From Raillietiella orientalis (taxonomy: Eukaryota): a DNA stretch of 64,000 nt. The translations under genes were made by a program, and so were the position numbers. The DNA lies in contig JAYWIR010000022.1 in assembly GCA_036172245.1 (NCBI GenBank), forward strand, positions 434,001 through 498,000, in the 5' to 3' direction. The notes beneath the pieces are model-generated. The model ran no database searches. It was not told where the DNA came from and saw only the letters and a program-made list of their open reading frames with translations. Shown here in pieces: positions 40,380 to 54,741 of the stretch. The first letter of the stretch is position 1. The number at the start of each line of letters is the position of its first letter.

Positions 40380-41300
40380 GCAGCCACAATGTTTCCTGCG
40401 TGTTTTTCCAACTGCACTGCGGAGTTGCCAAATGCGTTTCGTGGAAAAAATTCCCTGTCGTCGTCATCAGGTGATGTCACATTGTGTGTGTATGCAACAC
40501 GAAAAGGGAGAATGTGAATTCACAAGACTCCCCCCCCCCCGGATAACTTGATACGTATACTGAGGCTACAACCGCTTCCGGAAATGGGAGGTGAATCTCT
40601 AAGGGAATGTTTTACTGGGCGCGTTGCTAGGGCAAATTTTTTATTAGTTAAAATAACTGAGAGGCAGACGAGGAAGGACATGGAATCCCAACGCAGATGA
40701 ACGACTTTTCCGGGGTTACGCTCGCAAGCACTGACGCTTGGGGGGGAGGGAACTGCGTTCTTGCACGAACAACGTTTGGGCTCCCGGAAGTTGGTGGTTT
40801 CAGGTGCCCTTTGCCCTTTCGAAACGGGGCTCGCGGGGCACTCCCGGAAAGTGTTCCTCCCATCCTTGCGTTTCTCCGAAACACTTCTCCCCCCTTCGCG
40901 ACGGGCGCGTCTCCTTGGGAAGTCCCCCTCCCCCCTTCCGCAGCTGTCGCCGCTCACCTCGTTCCCCGGCATTGCGTAGCAGCGAAAGTGGGCACGCGTA
41001 GCAGCGAAGGCGTTCGGCGCGGATCGCGTAGCAACGCGCGCGCAGTTGCGGATCGATTGGCGTGCCGGGTTGCAGTGGCGGCGGCGGCGGCGGCGGCGTG
41101 CGACTCCAGGTGATGGTGCCCGGGAGACGTGCTCGCGAAGGGAACGGTGTGGGAAACGCAGCCGTCGGGAACGGGAGCGCTCTTCCCGCAGCGGGAACGC
41201 AACTGACAGAGGGGGTCCTCGTGTGCGTTGGGACAATGTTCCCCGCCAGCAAACAACGTACTTGAGTTTGTGCTGCTGGAGCGAATACAGTCGGCGCCAG
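40380..41300 (+). promoter_or_regulatory. CpG-rich promoter/5' UTR island of TMEM63, with a (GGC)n tract at about 41076-41098
   Basis: Local GC/CpG-rich island in an AT-rich background immediately upstream of the ATG at 41301. Confidence 0.6.
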
Positions 41301-44300
41301 ATGGAACCATCCGGTGAATCGTACGGCCTCCCCTTCCCTTTTGTTGACTATGAAAGTGACGGCAAAGCACCCAAGTGCAATCGAATCATCAGGAACGGAA
41401 CGGCCATAACGATCTATGATGGCTTCCAAGGAATCCCGGAAAATTTTTTCATCAATATCATTGCTTTCACGGTACTATTTCGTTAAATAATCCATCTGCA
41501 TAGAAAGGCCTTTGTCGGCTCTCAACCGCTGTATTTTTACTTTGTAACCTGTTTTGTTGTAAGAAGCGATGGCTAATTTTTGTAATTTCATGATTGTAGT
41601 TGATTCTGTGTCTCTTCGGATGCCTCCGAAAAAAGGCTTGGAATTATGGCAGAATTGCCCTGGTTCAAAGAAGTGCTAAAGAGTGAGTTTTTCTTTTTTT
41701 TTAAAAAGAAAGTGATTTTGCCCATTTCAATTCTTGATTGCATGACATATGTGGTTATGTTTTTGTCTTGAATCCGTGCTGGCGAATTGTATCTTAAGCC
41801 CCCTAAGGGCAGCAAGCATCCCCGGACTAAAGTGAATGGATTGAAATAAAAATTTGAATTTGTTTCTCGTATAAATTATTACAGTCAGTTAGAAAATTTG
41901 GCGCCCATTAAAGCACATTAGCACTTCACTGTACTTATGGCTATTTAATTCAAGAAATTGTGTTCTTAATGAGAGGTATTCATTCCGAAATAAGAACAAA
42001 TTCTTTGATTTTATCGTATTTTGTTTTTTAAGATCAACACAAACTAGAGTACAATAATGTAACTTAAAAGGGTAAGAGTAATCAGTGGTTTACCATTTTT
42101 AGCCTGTATTCCTTTGTGCTTTTGTGTCGAATCATTTGATATTTTTACATGCAGAATGCGTATAAAGTTTTGAGTTTTTCGATAAAATATGAAGTTTATA
42201 ATGTTATCCAGTGGAAGAAAACATTCATGGGTTAGAAACTATTTGCTGTTTGGGTATGAAAGAAAAATGCTTATTATCATTTATTTTCTGTTCTTGTTGC
42301 CATTATAGTAATTCTGCCTTGTTATGTTCAAAGCGATGGTAGCTGCCTATATTACATAATGGTTGTACCCAACTTTTGTTTACTTGTAGTCAGTTGCATG
42401 CTTTCAGTGCAGTGGTTCTTTGTGCTCCGGTACACACTTGTGCTCATTTTTCATTATAATCAAAAGCTTTAGAAACTAAGTGATTCATTACTTGAAGTGT
42501 CATGCTTTATCTCTTCATTTCTAAATGATATGTGTAGTGGGACATTTAGTGTGCGTACCATAGAAAATGAAATTTAGTTGCAACACTGGGAAGGACCAGT
42601 TGCAGAAAAATACCAAATAATGTTTAGGGGTCCAAAGTAGAACCAATCCACTTGTGATATAAAACTGTAATAATGAGGAAAATTGGGAGCTCAACTATTT
42701 TGTGTCATGAGTAATGAAGGAATTCTTTCAAGCTTAATGTAGTTTTTCATCTGAAATTTGTGGTCCTATTAATTGATTTGCAGACAAGCAAAGTATTAAA
42801 TATTTCTTTTCTCATGTGCAATAAGTTGGATGCAAAATCCAAACTGTCAGAGCTTCGATGCCAAATTTGCAACAATTAAATGAGAATTGGTCACACAAAG
42901 GTGTGGGTAAAAATGTGAAAAACCATGCATTAATTAATTTTCGTGTTCAGAAAAAAGCAGTCTTTTTGGTATATATTTAAAAAATAATGCATATAATGAA
43001 AAAAATAAGCCTTAAATGAGAGATTGAGTGAAAAGTTGGTTTATGAGTGAAGTCCAATAATTGTGGAGATTATGTGCACTGTGTAATAGAAGCATTGGTA
43101 CTGTAGTCTCTTTTTTAAAAGATTGTTGAAAGCAAGTTGGTGCTTAGTAGTTAAATGCAACTAAATCATGGAATACGACATCCAACAATTTCTGTTCATT
43201 GAAGTATGGAAACTTTTTGGAAATAATATATCATTAACCTCATTAAACTGACATCTTGAGTTAAAGTATCAAGGATTTGAAATTGATACATGGCAATTAT
43301 CCACATTCTAAGCATGGCCTGATTGCACACTTCTAATTGGACTCAGCTTAAGTGGATTGAAAATGAATGTATTACAGAATCTTGTGACAAATAAGATTGG
43401 GAGCTGAACAAGTAATGGGTCTTTTTATTTATGAAATTGATATGTGAAGACCTTCATATGTGAAAGCTTCTAATTTCATCTTATTACTTGGATTATAGAA
43501 GGAAACATTTCATGTTTTGGGAACTATAAAGAATTTTATGAAGTTACGAATTTTAACCTCAATAAGCAAGTTTTATGGTAAATTCTGCCTAGTTTCAAAG
43601 AGTTTCGATATGCCAAGTTAAAAAAGAGGAATGGCTGCTTAATTCATGCTTGTATATGTCCAAAATAAGAAGTAATTTTAAGAAATACTTTTAAATTATA
43701 TGTAATACTTTTGTCTCATGCTAACAAATGTTTCCCAGGTATCAGAGAATGTGCATCTGTGTCAATTGTGACAAATATCGAACAAATCGATGACACACAC
43801 AAGATGCAACAACCAATTTTTCACTAATGGTCATTTTCAAATTCACTTATGAGGATGCTACTTTATATGTGTCCACAAAAGATAGGGTAATGCAAGCACA
43901 TCTGGAAAAATATGGATTGTCAGGAAATACTTGTAGGGAAGACTGTGATCCGAAAATGGGAAACAAGCACCAATTTTTTTAAGTAACTTGAAGAACATTT
44001 GCAGTCATATCAACTCGAGAGTATAAGCAAATTGGTGTAGAATGCAATCTATTTACCTGGTGGTGTGCAGGATATTAGCTGTTCCATGAAGTGTTTTGAT
44101 TCAATCAACTTGTTGCATTGGATTCATAACAAAGCTTTGTCATGGCAGAGCATGTGGTGACATTGGAGATGGGTAATTTCTCTTTATGTGCTCCATGCTT
44201 GGCAAAGAAAAGATTTGTTACAAAAGGAATGTTATGACCATATTCAAGAAGTGACACAACTATATGTTGAATGGTCTTATCAAGTAACTTGGGTTGTGTC

Positions 44301-47300
44301 CACACTGAAGAACTGTAGCATTTCATGTAATGTTTTCATGTTGTACTTATGTCAGCAAATGAATTTTTTTTTTTGCCTCCAATGAAGCAGAGGATGAATA
44401 CAAAGTTAAGAAAAGCTATGTATTTGAAAAGTTATGTATTTGAGTATCTATATTTACAATATACAACAAAGTTAGATCCAGGAACTTGAAGAAAAAATAA
44501 AGCATCTATAAGCAGTTTTTGTTGAAGCTGATAAGTAATTTTGAATAACCGAATGCTTTGGGACAGGGAAATTAGGAAAGTAAGAAAAGGAAAAATACCT
44601 TCTAGAATCTTTTTTAAGACATATTTAGAGGTGTATCGTTTTTCTGAATAGCAAAGAACTGATAATTAGCCATGGCTCAAAATTCCAATTTCCCAGATTT
44701 TTCAAACCAAATTCGGATTGGAAGGATGGTATTTGTGATTATTTTCGTCCTGAATCGCTGTTTGTTCTATCAAGAAAAGGGACTCACACGTTCTTGGATA
44801 TTCATCCATCTGTTGCAAGTTTCTTAATTTTTTTGTGCAATTTGGATTCAGTACCAATACATCCCTAAACTATAATCTATCATTTTGGTTTCTAGCTTCA
44901 AATGGAGCTTTAGTCTGATATTATGGAGTGTATAGTTCTGGAACCATGTTCGATGACAAAATTTTGAAAGTGCATCCGTCATATTTTAGATGCTTTTGTT
45001 TTAATATCATTTATTGGCTGCAAAAGTTATTTGTTTATATTCATATTCAAAGCATCTATAATTTAATTTTTTTCGTCTCTGGTGTAACATACCCGGTTTG
45101 TCTAAATCAGTTCTTTGAGAAATACCCTATTCATCATCTACAGCATCCCGAATTTCATTTACCATTTCTACTTTTTTAAGGTTTATTAGGAATCAGTTTT
45201 TCAATTCTCTGATTTCTTTTCTAATAAGGAGCTCTTTGGTTCAGCACTGCAAGTGTGAAAATCTGTATACATGTATCATATCTAATTATCAGTTTTTAAT
45301 ACATTTTGTGATTCAGATACAGTGCATGTATGTGCCACTTTGCCCATGTTGGTTGATGTATGTTGAAGGTCGTTTGTCTGAAAAGAATTTATATTTTCAC
45401 TAGGAAAACTTACGGGATTCGGAGGTGCGTTTTGTTGTGTACAGATGCTTTGTAGATAATAATTTCTTGCCTATTCAGTACAAGATTGTAAATTAGTAGT
45501 CACTTTAAGACTTTCGGTATTGCAAGATTTAAACAAGTACTAATACAAATCTTGTGATTCACTTCATTGCGCATTGTACATCTAAATCAAGTTAACCCTT
45601 TTTTACAGCTGGACTCAGTTGTTTTATGGAGGTGATGCAACTCGTCAAAATGAAGAAAATAAGGTTCCAACATCAATAGATCATATATATTATGAAGAAA
45701 AAAATTTTTTTTCCTGGTTGGCAGCAATCTTCCTTATCAAGTAGGGAAGTGTTTCAGCTCTTGATTTAATTTTTTTTTTTTTTTTCAAGTTGATTTTTTA
45801 AAAAGTTGTAAGTCTTTCATTGTTCATTTGTATTAACTATTTGTATTAAGTTTTGGAGAAATATATGTTTATTCAGGGAGCCAGTTACTAATGCCCTTTT
45901 TCTCATAAAGAGATGAACAGATCCAAAGCAAGAGTGGTGTAGATGCCCTGCAGTATTTGATTTTCCAGAGGTATATTATTGGTTTTACAGCTGTAACGTG
46001 TTTGATTTCACTTGGTGTTGCCTTACCCATCAATCTTCAAGGTACGCTGCAGGGTGGAAAGACTCAATTTGTGCACACAACATTAAGTAATTTGGAACCA
46101 AAGTAAGTATTTTGAAGAAGAATGCTGTGATTGCAAGGGCTTTTAGAGTTAGTATTCTATTATAAAGTTTGTTCAGTGCATTGTAAAGGATATGGAAAGC
46201 ATGTTTTTTGAATTTTCAGGATGGTCCGTAACTGCTTTTAACTTTTTTGACGTTTCTTCCAATAGTTCGACTCTTCTGTGGGTTCTGATTGCACTTCCCT
46301 TATTGTTTCTGGCTTCAGCTGTTTATTTAATGCATTGCTTCGACATTCACTTGAAAATGACAGAACAAGAACCTTATTCCCAAACAATAATGATTATCAA
46401 CATTCCGAAAGGGCACTGTTCCAAAAAATTGCTGTTGGATCATTTCTCGTAAGCTGTTTATTATCTTGTCTTCTGATACACTTACATTAGAGAAGCATAT
46501 CCTGATTTTGTCATACTGGATATTCAGTTTGCTTATAATATAAGGAAACTCGTCAGTTTGGAACAACGCAGGTTTATCATTCTCTCGTTTTGTGGTAGAA
46601 ATAACTGCAATTTTTAGAGAAGCAGCTGTTGCAGCATTATACTACAGTGAGAAATATTTGTCAAGAAAAGGAGAGCGTTTCCGAATGACACCTCATGTAT
46701 GTGGCACAATTAGTATGTTGTGTTGTTGTCCATGTTCTCGCAAAGTAAGTAGTAGTCTGTGATCCAGTGCTTATTCGCAGTTACAGATTGATGCAATCAG
46801 GTTTTATACTGAAGAAGAGATTGCATTAAGGCATGAAATGGAAGAGCAACGGATTAAGGCCATGAATTCTCCTTTGGGTATTGCATTTGTTACATTCCAA
46901 ACTCGGGAAATGGCATCAGTGGTTTATCGTGAATATCAAGATTGCCCCAAATGTCTGACTCTTCCATCAGGTTCTTCTCTTAGCAAAGAGTTACGCACCT
47001 GGAAATGGCATATTAAATATGCTCCTTCACCTGATGACATTTACTGGTGTGTACCGCCAATAATTGTAATTTTCTGTGTTCAGATGCCAATTTTACAGGG
47101 AGAACTTGACAGATAACTCTGATTTCTACCGTCTCAAAGTTGTTTGTGTTAATGTGCTGCTTTTTTTTATTTTTTTTTTTCTTACTACACCTGCCATATG
47201 CATGAGCTTGCTAGATTACTTCAAGTTGCGCAGTGAACTGGAAAAGATGGTAGGATTTGCTGATTCCTGATGAACGTCTTTGTATTCTCACTGTAGAACC

Positions 47301-48456
47301 GTGTGCTCTCACAAATCCTGCCTTCCTTTCTTTTATGGCTTACAACACTTCTGCTTCCTAGTATCATTCCATATTCTGATCGCTGGCTTTATCACTGGAC
47401 ACGTTCTGGAGAGAATTATGCAATCATGAGGAAGTCATTTACATTTTTGTTATTCATGATTGTCATCTTACCATCTTTGGGATTAACTAGGTAAGGACTA
47501 GATCCCAACATTTGTTTGGTTGTTACTCTAAGAAAGTGGGTTGCAGTGCTCAAGCCCTTTTGAAATGGATAATGGATACTCATGTCACTTACCGATGGGA
47601 ATGTGTTTTTTTGGCCGATAATGGTGCTTTATTTGTCAACTATTGTATCACAGCTGCTTTCATTGGCACAGCATTTGAATTATTGCGCTTCCCAGAGCTG
47701 TTTGTTTTTGCTGTGCGTATTTGTTTATCACGTTCATTAGCTGAACAAGCAAGCATACGCAAAGCTGTTGTTTGTGAATTTCCTTTTGGCCGTCAATATG
47801 CATATCTGTTACTCATCTTCTCCATCACCATGATATATAGTTTGGTATGTCCTATGGTGACTCCATTTGGTAGGTCATTTATGTGGTCATGGCACTCTGC
47901 TTATTTTATTTTAGGACTTGCATACATGGTTAACAAACATCTGGTCGACCGTTACAATATTTTCTTTGCATATGCTCCATCAAAGATTAGCAAGAAAATT
48001 CATGCCACAGCAGTTTTTCTAGTTCTAGTGTCCATTTTTCTTCTTCAACTGGCTTTGTTGTTTTTCTCAGTTTTACGACGTGGATTGCATGACATCACAT
48101 TTTTTGCTATGGCTACATGCATTCTTACTATAATTGTGGGTTTAGGCCAAGTGATATTCAAGAGCATTAAGGAATTAAAGCATGTTGCCTACACGGTAAA
48201 TAAGGAAGTTTTGAGATTTCTGAATTAATTGTATGATTCCATTTAGAGTGGTGACACTAATGATGATGCACCTTTCATTGATGAGAACACAAAGTCGTTT
48301 ATACCAGCAGTTTTGCAGAAAGAACTTGATTTTGATCAACAAAGAGATAGCCCCAAATATGAAAACGAACGTCGCAATTATGGCTCAGGAAAATACACTC
48401 AACAAAATGCTTCTGTAGAGTTGTCAACAAATACATATGTACTTGATTCTGAGTGA
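41301..48456 (+). CDS. TMEM63: TMEM63/OSCA (CSC1-like) mechanosensitive cation channel. First exons 41301-41471 and 41600-41682, a 3.9-kb intron, then many exons over 45609-48456
   Basis: Translation includes YDGFQGIPEN, LRKKAWNYGRIALV, GVDALQYLIFQR, LGIAFVTF, YAPSPDDIYWENL, FFLTTPA, HWTRSGEN, ILPSLGLT, FLADNGALFVNYCITAAFIG and KHLVDRYNIFF. Confidence 0.95.
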
Positions 48457-48750
48457 CAGAAAGCCTTGGGCCCAAAACCATATGGGCATCACTAAACTGT
48501 GGAAGAAAAAAAGCACATTAAGGAGCAGCTGTTCTGTGCTTCCTGCTTAGCAGTAGTTGAAGATAAGTTTATGGCTCAAGGATGGGTGTCTAGTATGGTG
48601 GTACTAGATTTGAAGCAATAAACCATCATATTCTCTTTTGTGTGTTCTCCTGGTGGTAGAAGCATTAAGCTTCTTATAACCACCATTCAGCACAAGCAAA
48701 CATTGAGCATTATGTTGACTTACGGTTTGCACTATCTAGGTACACAAAAC

Positions 48751-50896
48751 ATGCTATCAGATTTGTGGGTGCTCTTACCTGGTTTCCGTATGGTAATGCG
48801 GACATTTTTCAAAAAGCAGAAAGATCAGCTTCTCCAATCATGGGAACACTCATCTTTTCAGTCTTCCTGTGAACTGTTGCAACTGAACATTTGTGAAGAT
48901 TTACCACTTGCAACCAACCCGAATTTTAAGGTGCTTCTATATTATACATGTGACAGAAATAGCTAGTCTTTTAGGAAGCCTTGAACAGATATTTGCATGA
49001 AACACAAGAGCGCTCATGGATGATTGTGAAAGGGCTGTGTGCTTATGGAAAAGCAAGTGTGGAGTTTGCAGTTTCAAATAAACCTAGGGATCCTAACAAC
49101 CAATGTGGGTTTAAATTCCATGAATAATTTACGGAATGTTTCTTACAGCTCATGCTGACAAGCCCACAATCCAGTTTGAAGAACCTACAATCAAAACAAA
49201 GGAAGCACCAATTGCTAAAGAAAGACCTAAACAGGTGAACTTGTGATATTGGCTACAATATGATATTCAAAACTAGTTAACTAGTTTATCAAGAGAGAGC
49301 AAAGTACCTGCCACGCAGGTGGGCCGTATGTTATCATTTGGCAGTTTAGCGGGGCGACTAGTTTTGGGTGCCATGGCTGAAATCACTTGGCGCACATTAG
49401 GTGCAGAATCATCAGCTAAAACATCTTTATTACAAAGAAGTTTATTCTGGACACCATCTAATGCTGAGCGCATTGTGAAGACATTATGTCGAGTTAGAGG
49501 TAATGGGCAGGGAATATGTGTAAAATCTTTTATTAGAGCACGTATGCCATAGGATCAGCACTAAAGCTGGGACAAATGTTAAGCATCCAAGATAATGAAC
49601 TAATAAGTCCAGAATTACAGCAAATTTTTGAACGAGTAAGGCAATCAGCTGATTACATGCCAATGTCACAAGTAGAGGTATATCAGATGATGTAGTAAAA
49701 AAAAATAGATTGCAACAGAAAAATAGCAAGTCATGCAAGGGGAGCTGGGATCTGACTGGAGGAACAAATTTAAACAGTTTGAAAACAAACCTTTTGCTGC
49801 TGCATCTATTGGGCAAGTTCATGCAGGCCAACTTCTAAACAATCAGGAAGTGGCTGTCAAAGTACAGTATCCAGGTGTTGCTAAAAGCATCCACAGTGAC
49901 ATTAACAATCTAATGGCACTGCTGAAAGTGTGGAATTTTTTACCTAAAGGTAGCAAGTTGTGAGCAAAAAATGGTGGTTTAGATGATGCAGGTCTCTATT
50001 TGGAAAACATGGTTCAAGTTGCACTCACAGAATTAGCTTGGGAAGTTGATTACAAGCGAGAAGCAGCATGTGCTACACGATTCTGTGATCTCTTACAATC
50101 TTATCCGCAGTTCTATGTTCCAAAAGTAATTGGTGAGTGTTGAACCTTAGTGCATCTTTTTGAACAGAGTTCAGAGGATCTGAGCACAAAATTAGTGTTG
50201 ACTACAGAACGAGTAGAGGGAATTCCTGTTGATCAATGCATTAATCTTGATCAAAGGACTAGGAATTATATTGCTGAACTGATATTAGAATTGTGTCTTC
50301 TGGAACTGTTTTCTCTTCATTTTATGCAAACAGATCCCAATTGGTCCAACTTTTTATTCAACCCACACACAAGACAGGTTTTTATTTTTCTGTGTGTCAA
50401 GTGTTGGCTATATTTGTGAATGCAGTTAATACTTTTAGATTTTGGCTCTAGTAGAGACTTCTCCAGATCTTTTGTAAACGATTATATTCATCTTTTAAAA
50501 GCTGCATCCATTAAAGAACAGAACCATGTGCTACACCTTGCCCGCAAAATGGGATTTTTAACAGGCTATGAATCCAAGGTAGCAGATGTACATCAATTGT
50601 GTATTAAAATTGGCATTTTCAAGGTAATGGAGGAGGCTGTTCTTAGTGCTGTTGACACATTGGCAGAACCATTTGCAAAAAATGAAGCTTTTGATTTTGG
50701 CACACAGAATACTACAAGGAAGATTCAAAGTTTGATCCCTGTCATGATTGCACATCGGCTGTGCCCTCCACCAAGTGAAACTTATTCTCTACATCGTAAA
50801 CTCTCAGGAGCCTTTCTGTTGTGTAGTAAACTAAAAGCCCAAATAGACTGCCAGTTGATCTTCAATTCAGCATGGAGCAGATTCAAAAAGCTCTGA
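48751..50896 (+). CDS. COQ8: Atypical kinase COQ8 (ADCK3/ABC1 family), mitochondrial, multi-exon
   Basis: Translation includes [85 protein letters not shown] and [19 protein letters not shown]. The start at 48751 is inferred from a phase-compatible first exon. Confidence 0.95.
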
Positions 50897-50903
50897 AAGT
50901 ATA

Positions 50904-51475
50904 TTATACAAACTGGGTAGCTATGGCAAGAATTTTGGTAAATGATCCTGTCTTGCATCTTAATATAGCTGGAATTGGCAGTAAGATTCTGGTGCCTAAT
51001 GGATTACCATTATCATCTAGGAGAACAATGTTGTTGGTATCAAATCTTGGCACCAGAGGGGCTTGCTTCTGCTTAACCCCAACAACATAGGCTTTTTTCA
51101 TATGGCCTTTTATGGCAACCAGAACCATATCTCCTAAGGATAACTTAATTGGAAGTATCATTGATTAATTTTTACCTAATCCTGCTTTGGGATGTCTACC
51201 CCACTTATAAACATATATACACTTTGGTGGTTTGCCCTCCACCATTGCTTGTTTTCCTAAAGCACTATTGTCAATAACACGGAGACGTGTCAATTTTTGG
51301 ATCTCCTTCTGTACTATGTTCGTATGAAACATTTTCGCAGGCAGTAAAAAGGATAAAATCCCATAAGTTGTTTTATTTAACATCTCAAAATGCACTCCGG
51401 GCTGAAGAAAAAAATGGGGGAAAGAAGCAGGTCCACAGTTAATAAAATATGAGGTTAGGAATTGTATCTTACCAT
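50904..51475 (-). CDS. MRPL14: Mitochondrial ribosomal protein L14. Exons 51473-51475 (ATG only; alternative start at 51383), 51176-51401, 50904-51133
   Basis: Translation includes IQKLTRLRVIDNSALG, PPKCIYVY, GDMVLVAIKG, PRFDTNNIVLLDDNGNPLGTRI and KILAIATQFV*. Confidence 0.95.
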
Positions 51476-54195
51476 TAAACACTCAATAAGCAAACTTAAT
51501 AGAGAGAATATCTGGAAAATAGTTTTCCAAGTTGACACAATTAAACCTCAATGCAATTCCAGATACTATATCATATTCTAAATGCTCCTTTCAAAAACAC
51601 TGATTTGATCTCGATTTCTACTGAACCCGCGTGATGCATTCAACGCACAAAAATGGCAAACATGTCCTTGCTCTGCGTTTCCTTTACGAACTCCTTAAGT
51701 GAATGTTTTCTAATAAACACTGACCATTCACTCTACCCTGCAGAAAAAAGGCTCAATCAAGTAAACAAACACCGACCTCTCACGGTTGCTTTTCAAGTTT
51801 TGTGTGAAACTACATGCGCTGCAGACGGCACAGTGCAGCACATATAGTGAACGCAATTCTCTTTAAAACCACATGGTTCCCAGAGTACCATAAAAACAAA
51901 TGCAAACAAAACAAAACCCGTGTTAGAAAATATTCAGCAGAATTGAGGATTTTGCGCTATTCGTGCAAATGATGCAAATTCTCAATTCATTCTCAATTTT
52001 TCACTCGGAAGTTCTCACTAGACTCTTGCCAATTTAAATTTACGCTTATAATTTTTATAGTCAAGTCAATTTGTTTGTGTCATACTAATATTCATCAATA
52101 TGCTTATCCAGTATCTTGCCAAACGTATCTTAAATACAAAAACTGCACAAGACACTATGCACAGTTAGATCCATACTGAACATTTCCTACGTTAAACATG
52201 TTAAAAACGATAGTATTGGCGAGTGCTACGTATTTGGGTACAAAACCATGGAACATTCTCAATTGAACGATACCAAACATGATTAATTAGAAGCTATGCT
52301 TAAGTGAACGAACAATAAGCCATGTACAAACAAGTGGAAGCATGAGCTTATTTTCTTTATTTCTTGCTAATCAATAGGAGTGCAAATGGAGCAGGATTAT
52401 TAATATCCAATCAAGAATTTCTCAAAAAAAAAGTGCTTAATGGTAGATGGACATCTATAATTAACGATAACGCACTGTATATCTAAGCACTTCAAGGAAA
52501 CTAAAGGGGCAAGAACACGTTTTGGCATATGAAGAACTCATTTGAAATTAAATGCACACTAAGCACAAATATTGTAAATTTCACCTTCTTAATTCATTAC
52601 TTCACTAAGCTCCAAAGAGAGCCTGAATTCTCATCTCTTTAAGAGCCATCACATAAACACTGATAGAGAACATAGAAACACCAGTAGATTAGCAACTACA
52701 ACTATATAAGTACAGAAAATTGCTATCAAAAGTCTAAAAACGTGTTTGTCCTTAAAAGACTAGCTTTTTCCAAGGTAAAAGCTAAAAACCCCTGACAATC
52801 CTTCTAGTAGTAGAAGAAAAAGAAAAAGCACACTTTTCGGTAGCAGAGGACTAAATTTCTGTACCTAATAGTTCATTATTCAATAAATATGAATGTATAA
52901 TATGATTTAACTTTTCTGGATGAGTAAGGATTGTTCTGATATTGCAATTTCCTTTTTCTTCATGGTCAACTAGGTTATCTCCTATGTGAAGATCGGCTTC
53001 ATTTTCTTACCTCCAAAAGCTTCTTTAAAGAGCATCCTTTTCAGAACAGATTCAGATTAAGATGCTTAAAATTAAATAGAACATAAACATTTACTTTTGA
53101 ATACGATATTAGACTACATGTAAATAAATCAAAGGAGTAAAGAAGGTAAAGTCAGTAAAAAGGGTTTTTCTTTGAGCAGGGATATTGTTACTTTCCTTGT
53201 CAGAGTTTATTAAATATTCTGGTTCAGCTTTGGTTACTAGCTTTGTTATTGTAAATATGCATGTTTCTACTTCCTTCTGTTTTTATTGGATTTGACTGAA
53301 TGTATTCGATTGCATAGATAGACTCGTTATGAGTAGAGAATTTTGATTGAAACAGTGTTAGGTTGATGTCAGTTTTGTCGATTAATTGGTTTGAAGTTTA
53401 AACAGCTTCTAAAAATACATTTGTTTTGAGAAGAAAAAAAAAAATCCTTTAGTATTGGCAGTAATCAAGGTAAGGAATTTTTGCATGCTCACTCTTATAA
53501 AAAAAAAAAATTATTCAAATCTATGATTGTTTTTGCTTTTATGGAAGACATTTATGCTAAATGATATTCAAACCTACATGTCTGCTTAGCTACTTATACA
53601 CTTCAATGCTCATTATTCTCAATACATCTTGAACCTGGTTTCCTGTCGGTATTTGAATTTCCAGGAGCACAGATATTTATGTACCATTTAAATTGTATTT
53701 CTCTTACTTTCACGTTAATAGTTCTAATATAAACATTAACATTTATAATAATTCGAATGAAATAGCAAATAAGTGTACCTAAATTAAATTATCGGAAGCA
53801 TTCATAATAAAAAGATTATGTTGTTATACCATAAATGGAATTGATTATTGTTCCGCCCCTTAACTTTTCCGATTAGTTTTATTTTTCTTGAATTTGGTTT
53901 CAAAAAAAAAAAAATGCTACTGTACACTTAGTAAGAGCAGGAACAAAATTTTATCTTAGGTTGCATTCTGATCTTTTGATGTAATAGTCACGAGGAAATA
54001 CACTAAAAAAAAAATATTTTTAATATTGAAGACGAAAATAAATGGAATTGGTTTCAATATTTTTGCATAGATAAATTACAAGACCCTTCAAGTTCAAGTA
54101 CTATTATTTTCACTAATTTTTGCTAGTGTTTCTGAAATTCATTTTAAATGAGTACTGAAACCCTGTTGAAATAATATTTTGCAAGTTTGACGGCA

Positions 54196-54635
54196 ATGAT
54201 GGCGAAAGTCATGTTGAATGTAGTGAACAAGTTTCCGTTGGTTTGGAATGGTAAGTAAAGTGATTACAAACAATTTGAAGTTCAGATTAAAAAATTTGCT
54301 GTTGATACGTTTTGTGTGTGAAACGCATGTTCTAGCGCAAGCACTTCCCCGATTGGAAACATTTGTTAAATATGCGCGAGTTGAACTGCTTCCGCCAAAG
54401 CCGTCTGAGATTCCAGAAATTAGACGGAGGTTTTCTAAGGGTCTCTCAACTTTGCGTTCCGGAGATTGGACAAAAAAATCCGTCAAAGTAAGAATTTTAT
54501 CTTAAATGCATTTGTGATTAGGTACTCAAGGAAGCTTGGTTGGACACTCTAATTGCTGCTGAAATTTGCTTTTGTTTTTTTATTGGAGAATGCTTTGGAA
54601 AACGTAACCTAATAGGATATCAGTATCGAGCATGA
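54196..54635 (+). CDS. ATP5L: Mitochondrial ATP synthase subunit g. Exons 54196-54250, 54336-54487, 54531-54635
   Basis: Translation includes PRLETFVKYARVELLPPKPSEIP and SVK|EAWLDTLIAAEICFCFFIGECFGKRNLIGY, with the GxxxG motif. Confidence 0.95.
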
Positions 54636-54741
54636 ACACAAGTTTCCTCTGGAAGTTACCATTGCAATATGGGAGAAGCCCAGTAATAAATGAAAAACTT
54701 TAATACAAAATAGAAATATATTTCTTTGTTGGAAAACTGGA

